A stretch of DNA of 64,000 bases, taken from NCBI RefSeq assembly GCF_009914755.1, contig NC_060935.1; one strand, 5' to 3'. The stretch is from the human T2T-CHM13v2.0 reference genome, Homo sapiens. The stretch's first letter is position 1; each line of letters opens with the position of its first letter. The notes below the pieces were generated by a model. The model was not told the DNA's origin and made no database searches. It saw only the letters and a program-made list of their open reading frames with translations. The position numbers and the translations under genes were made by a program. Shown here piece after piece: positions 58,551 to 64,000 of the stretch.

Positions 58551-61500
58551 TGTTGTTTCCAGATGCAATACATTTAGCCAAAGTCTCCATTTCCTTCTGT
58601 GTAAAGTGTGTATGGTAGTCTCTGTCTATATGCTATTTTTAAGTACTTGCTTATTTATTTTTGTCTGCCTTTTGACAGAAGACCTTTATGAAAACCAAGA
58701 TTAAGTCAAAGTGGCATGTCAATAAATTTAAAGGATGATTTTGGTGATAATGATGATGACAATGAGGACATGCCATGGCATGGTTTTATGATATTGACTT
58801 ATAGTCAAAGCATGCAAAAAATCAGAAGTTGAGACAGTCCAGCAAGCATGGGAGGCTTGAAAGTCGCCCACAACCAGAAACAGCAATGGACAAAGGCCAG
58901 TGCGACAGAGCTTGAAGGATCAGTAGCTCTTAAGAATGAAGGCAGGTAAGGAGAGAAGGAGTATCAGGATGAGGTGATTTGAGATAGCAACACTAGGGGA
59001 TAAGGATGTACAGTCAAGCCCTATGCTTCAGCAGAGTCTGCTTTTCTTTGTGGATTCCTGCTGGGTTCTGGAGGGCCTGGGCTCTCGGGAGTATAATTCC
59101 AGCTACACGCAGCCTCTGAAGCTTCTTTACTCCTTAGGCAGAACCAGAGGTGCAGTAATATCAGGAGATTCTTAAAATATGACTCAATATTTTTTTGCCA
59201 AACTGCCTTTGTTCCAACTGCTTTCATGCCTTCTGGGACGGAGAATCCTGCCAAAAAGATACAAAGTGTGGGAGGAAGTTTGGGGCTGGGTCAGGAGTAA
59301 AAAGAAGAAGAGTGCAGAGTAGGGGAGAGAAAGAGGAGTGGGTAGGGTTCCAAACATCTTGCTGTCTGACATCCCAGAGCACCACGGCCCTATGATGCCC
59401 TACAAAAGTGGCTCAGATCTTCACCAGCAGCACTGGCAACGTCCTGAGTGCCCAAGGGAGACAAACCCTTTCACCACAGCTGTAATTACTGCACCAGGCT
59501 CCAGTTGTGCAGGGACAAATAAGCATGGGCTAAGTGGAGCAGGAGGAGGTCCTGGAGAGGCCCAGGATGAAAGCATTTAGACTGCAATGGTGTGAAGAGC
59601 AGAGGTGAGCTGAGCAGAGCTTGTTGGGAAAAGGAAGAGAATTGGAAAAGCAGGGGACTAGTGGCTCTGTTTATATCAATGATTTTACTAAACCTTTCTC
59701 TTAGGAAGCAAAATCATCCAAGGTATCATTAAAACCAAACTATTTTCAGCACCCCAGGAGGATTACTCTCACCATTAAGGGATTCTGGAGTGGGAAAATT
59801 TGATAGAATAAGAAAAATAACACAAGGAAGGGGACAGGGAAGGAAAAACAAAAGACAGGCAGAAAGGACTTCATTGATCTCCTTCTTTGATTAAGGAGGC
59901 TTCCCACTTTGCAGGCTACAAGGAGGGAAATAGGGTAGGGAGAGTTGGACTATACTTTAGGTGTTCTGTGGGAGATCAAATTCCCTCACCTCCTCACTCA
60001 ACTCCAGTCCTTGTTATTGTGTGAGTCAATCACAGCCTTCAGCTGTGAAGCCCAGGTTCGAAGTGAAAATCAACTGCTTTTGCTTCATGAGATCACCTCC
60101 TCTTGACCCTATTCATCTCCAGTGGAGGTTCCCTATCCAAGGCTGGAACATTTGTGAGACTGGAGAGCCCACTCTAGTTAAAATCCTCTAAGCAATGTTA
60201 GTTGGTTTTCTTCCCCTTTTCCTCCTTCTTCTGAATCTCATACAGAGAAACAGCTTATTAACCATGATTACTACCTTTAAACTGGGGAGGAATGATCTTC
60301 TTCACACTACCATCATTTCTAGAGTCATTCTTCAACCTCGGACATGTGGGAGCTAAGACCCAGCATAGTTGAAGTTTATGATTTCAGGTGCTCTTGGAAG
60401 AAAGCAGGAAGAAAAGAGCCTGCAGAGACAGGGAAGGTCAAAATTCTGGTGTCACACAGAGAACTGGATGGCGTAAGATGGTAAGATCACTCACCAATTT
60501 GTAAAAATCAAATTGTATCTGTTGAGGTAAGTCATCCCAACTCTTGTTATGCATCTTCTTGGTAAAGGCAATGAGTTTTCCAGCACAAGTCATAGGTCTC
60601 CAGTAAAAAAAAGTGATTGGACACGAATTGAAAAATATCTTCCAGATCACAGATCACCGTGTCTAGAAGCCTAAACTAGGATAGCCTCACTATTTGGTTA
60701 AAACTTAATATAATTAAAACGTCAGCAGTAAGCTCACTCGTCATCCAGGGCTAATAGTTATAGTGGGGGAAATGGAAGAAAAATGCTTGGGAGATAAGTC
60801 TGCAACTTCCTGCAGGCTCCTAATACAGCTAGGACTTGAAGTGCCTTCTCCAAACATCCTTCACTCTGTACATCAGATTTCCCCTTCACTGTACAGACAG
60901 AGTGCTTCCTGCATCTGGGAACTTGTCTGTGCAAATCTCCACTGTCTTCCCCTTTTTTTTCTCTGGCACGCTACAGGATCGATATACGATGGATACATAT
61001 GTGTGTACCCATTCAATAGTCACTTTTTGATCGCCTGCAAAATGTAAGTCATTTGTGTTCTTCTGAATATGTAAGCCCCAGGTACCATACCTGCTCTCAA
61101 ATAACCTAAGGACAGAGAGATGCAAGGGATACTTTCTGGCCAGGGTGGAGCATATCATCCCAAGGAAAGGTTAGTGAATCAATTGATGGAAACAAACTAA
61201 TTGCTCTTCATAAAGTTTTTCCAGAGTAATGAGAGGTTGATCATGACAGAGGCTGAGTTTCAGTCACTCAAGGTGGTATCCTCAACACCTTTCTCATGGT
61301 AGGCATGCGTGCATTAAATAAACATTGTGCGCTTGGTGCACTCAGTCGGTGATGACCCCCTGGTGTTAATTACTCTATGACTCAGACCCACAGCCAAGGT
61401 GTCTTTCTCAGACTGACTCTAGCTGATTTAGATGTCGAACCTCTTCTGCTGCCCACCCAGAGTTCTAAATCCAGCCACAAGTTCTTCAACCCATGGTGGA

Positions 61501-62602
61501 GACAGTGGGCTTGAAAAGTTAATCAATGACTCCAGGCCGCCACCTCTCTATCTCTTCTACATATGAAAGAGGTCTTTTCACAGCTGGTTAGGCCCCAGTC
61601 ACCTTGTGGTACCATGTACGTGTCTCCCCATTCTACACGGCTCTCAGTTTAGAGCAGGGATTATGTTCTACTTGGCTCAGTTAGATACTGCCCTCTACAT
61701 GGCATGTGAATTTAATCAGAGCTACTTTGGCTCTAAGTGATGGAAACCTAATTTAAAACAGCTTAAGCAAGAAAAGGTGACTTATAGGAATTTTACCCTA
61801 GGGATGTAGAGATTTTTAGAAAGAAGTATAAATGGCTTTGAAAAGGGAACACCAAGGGTGGCAGGTGCACAGAGCTGGACCCAGAGGTCTTTCAAATGTA
61901 CTATCAAGGGTGCTCATCCAGGAGGGAAGGAGGAAACAAACCTTTCTAAGATTCCTTCAACATCTGGCCAGATGAAGGAGCTCAGTGTCTAAATTAAAGT
62001 GCATTATCTCCAGAGGTGGCTGCAGTATGTTAGTATGGAACCAGGCTGCTTATTATTTTCTATTGAAGCCCACATTTTTTGTTCAGCAGCAAGAGTCACT
62101 GCGGACCCACTGCTGAGGCCAATTAGATCTACAGAACTTGTAAAGTCGGTCTCAATTTTATCAGTGTCTGACTGATTTCAATAGCATAATTTGATATAGC
62201 AATTGCATAGAGAAGGCTTTACAACATACAGCAGGCAGCAATGGGTGCCTTTCCAATTGTAATTTTACTTTTGAGTTAGTTGGGCTTTTCATTTGCTATG
62301 ATACATGTTAATATTCATTCTCATATTATAATGTAGAAAGTATTCAGAATAGATACTATCAGAATCCATCCTCCATTCCTCCATATGTAAAGCATATTAT
62401 TACTAATTAGTTTCTGGTTTCTAGGTGGGGAAATAGACAGAGGTTTAGTCAACTGCAGATTTACATAGAGAATGAGTAGATCAGAAATGAGATGTTCTTA
62501 GTTAAATCCAGACAATGAACATCTTACTTCCAAGCTCTCTTACTTGAAACTCTTTTGCTATTTCCAAGTGCTATCAGAATAAAGACAAAACTTTTTTAAA
62601 AA

Positions 62603-62935
62603 ATTATTTTCTTTACTTTAAGTTCCAGGATACATTTGCAGAACATGCAGCCTTGTTAGATAGGTATACATGTGCCATAGTTGTTTGCTGCGCCTATCAA
62701 CCCATCACCTAGGTTTTAAGACCCGCATGCATTAGCTATTTATCTTGATGCTCTCCCTCCCATTGCCCCCACCCCCGACAGGCCCCAGTGTGTGTTGTTC
62801 CCTTCACTGTGCCCATGTATTCTCATTGTTCAACACCCACTTATGAGTGAGAACATGCAGTGTTTGGTTTTCTGTTCCTGTGTTAGTTTGCTGAGGATGA
62901 TGGCTTCCAGCTTCATCCATGTCCTTGCAAAGGAC
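62603..62935 (-). mobile_element. 5'-truncated L1PA8-like 3' end
   Basis: tactttaagttccaggataca...ggttttaagacccgcatgcattag...cttcatccatgtccttgcaaaggac. Confidence 0.9.
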
Positions 62936-63039
62936 CTAACTCTTTAAAGGGCTGTAGGCAGTCTGGTCTATGAGTATCCCATCTCAGGCCATTGTCTCAC
63001 CTGCTTTCTATGCATTCAAGACACAGCTCTTTTTAACTT

Positions 63040-63410
63040 GAAGAGCCAGCTCCAGCACACCTCGGGACATTTGGATGTGCTGTTCCCTGCCTTGAAGGCT
63101 TCTACTCAGCCCAGCCTCAATACATGCACTCATTCCAGTTCCCCTCCTCCCTGACTTCTGTTAATCTTCAGGTGTCTGTTCAAATGTCACTATCTCAGGG
63201 AAAAGTTACCCTAGGCTATACCACACTTTTTCCCATCCTCACAGCAGCTACCACACTGTGAGATGCCATGGCCTTGATCACCTGATAAATAGCTATCTCT
63301 CCCACTAGACCATAGGCTCCAGACCGGCAGGAACAACGTCTATCTTACACATCATTGTTGCTAAAGGGAAAGCAAATAGTCTTAATGCATTAAATGAGTG
63401 AATGAATGAG
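63040..63410 (+). mobile_element. L2 3' end
   Basis: gctgttccctgccttgaag; tcaaatgtcactatctcaggg; ctcccactagaccataggctcc; aatgagtgaatgaatga. Confidence 0.75.
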
Positions 63411-64000
63411 GGCATAAGAGACAAAGATAGACAGCTTTACAACAGACGGTAGGCAGGATTTCCAGTTCCAATTTTACATTTAAGTTAGTTGGGTTTTTCA
63501 CTAGATATGATACAAGTGATATCCATTCTCATATTTATTCTCTAAAATGCCCAGTGAAGAATCTAAGCATCATTTCTGTGCAAGCCTAATTTCCAGCTGT
63601 CCCATTTCTGACATGCATAGTTTCTCAATTCAGTGTGAGGAGTATTAAGTAGAAAGTGTGGTCACCTATCAAGAACCACAGCTTAAAGACATCATAATTG
63701 TTTGTTGTAAGATGTGTTAATTCACCTGGGACTTTAGAAAGAGAACCCTAGGTAATTACTACTTATTTCTTAGTGAGGGTTTTCCACCTTGGGGAGGGAA
63801 GGTGGGGGTCAATGTGAAGGCATTATGAATCTACATTTCTGAGACTTCCAGTGTTAGGTTAGCACTCTGGAGTTTGGGTCAGGGCCATCAGCTGCACAGT
63901 GACGCTTGCTGAAGGCATCCCTCTGCTAGGATAGATTGCTCTGCCGTCCTCCCGCTTGCACAAAAGAACTTCAGCCTCCCAAGAAGGAGATTCTCAGGAA

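Noticed and set aside
59745-59765. REST/RE1 site
   Set aside because: Only the TTCAGCACC half-site; the GGACAG half is absent.

Overview
Primate (human/great-ape-like) non-coding genomic DNA, intergenic or deep intronic, about half transposon-derived. I see no intact cellular protein-coding gene; every long ORF is LINE-1-derived or a low-complexity artefact. Main contents: a full-length but dead L1PA3/PA2-type LINE-1 (23571-29652, perfect 17-bp TSD) whose antisense ORF0 is still open; five truncated L1PA 3' copies, one with a twin-priming inversion; four Alus, all on +; a full-length THE1A LTR-int-LTR element inside an ancient L1M; solo THE1, MER21, MLT1 and MLT2 LTRs; Charlie1 and Tigger3 DNA transposons; an RPS29 processed pseudogene nested in the Tigger3; many L2/MIR relics; and a 600-bp compound (TG)n tract. 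The most unusual features are a multi-directional templated insertion at the L1 ORF2 start, a 53-bp tandem duplication with a third copy 1.2 kb away, an old ~110-bp dispersed duplication, and several motif-dense unique segments that could be enhancers or lncRNA exons. I cannot support a claim of a new biological system. Family and subfamily calls come from remembered consensus sequences, not a database search, and boundaries of old repeats are approximate.
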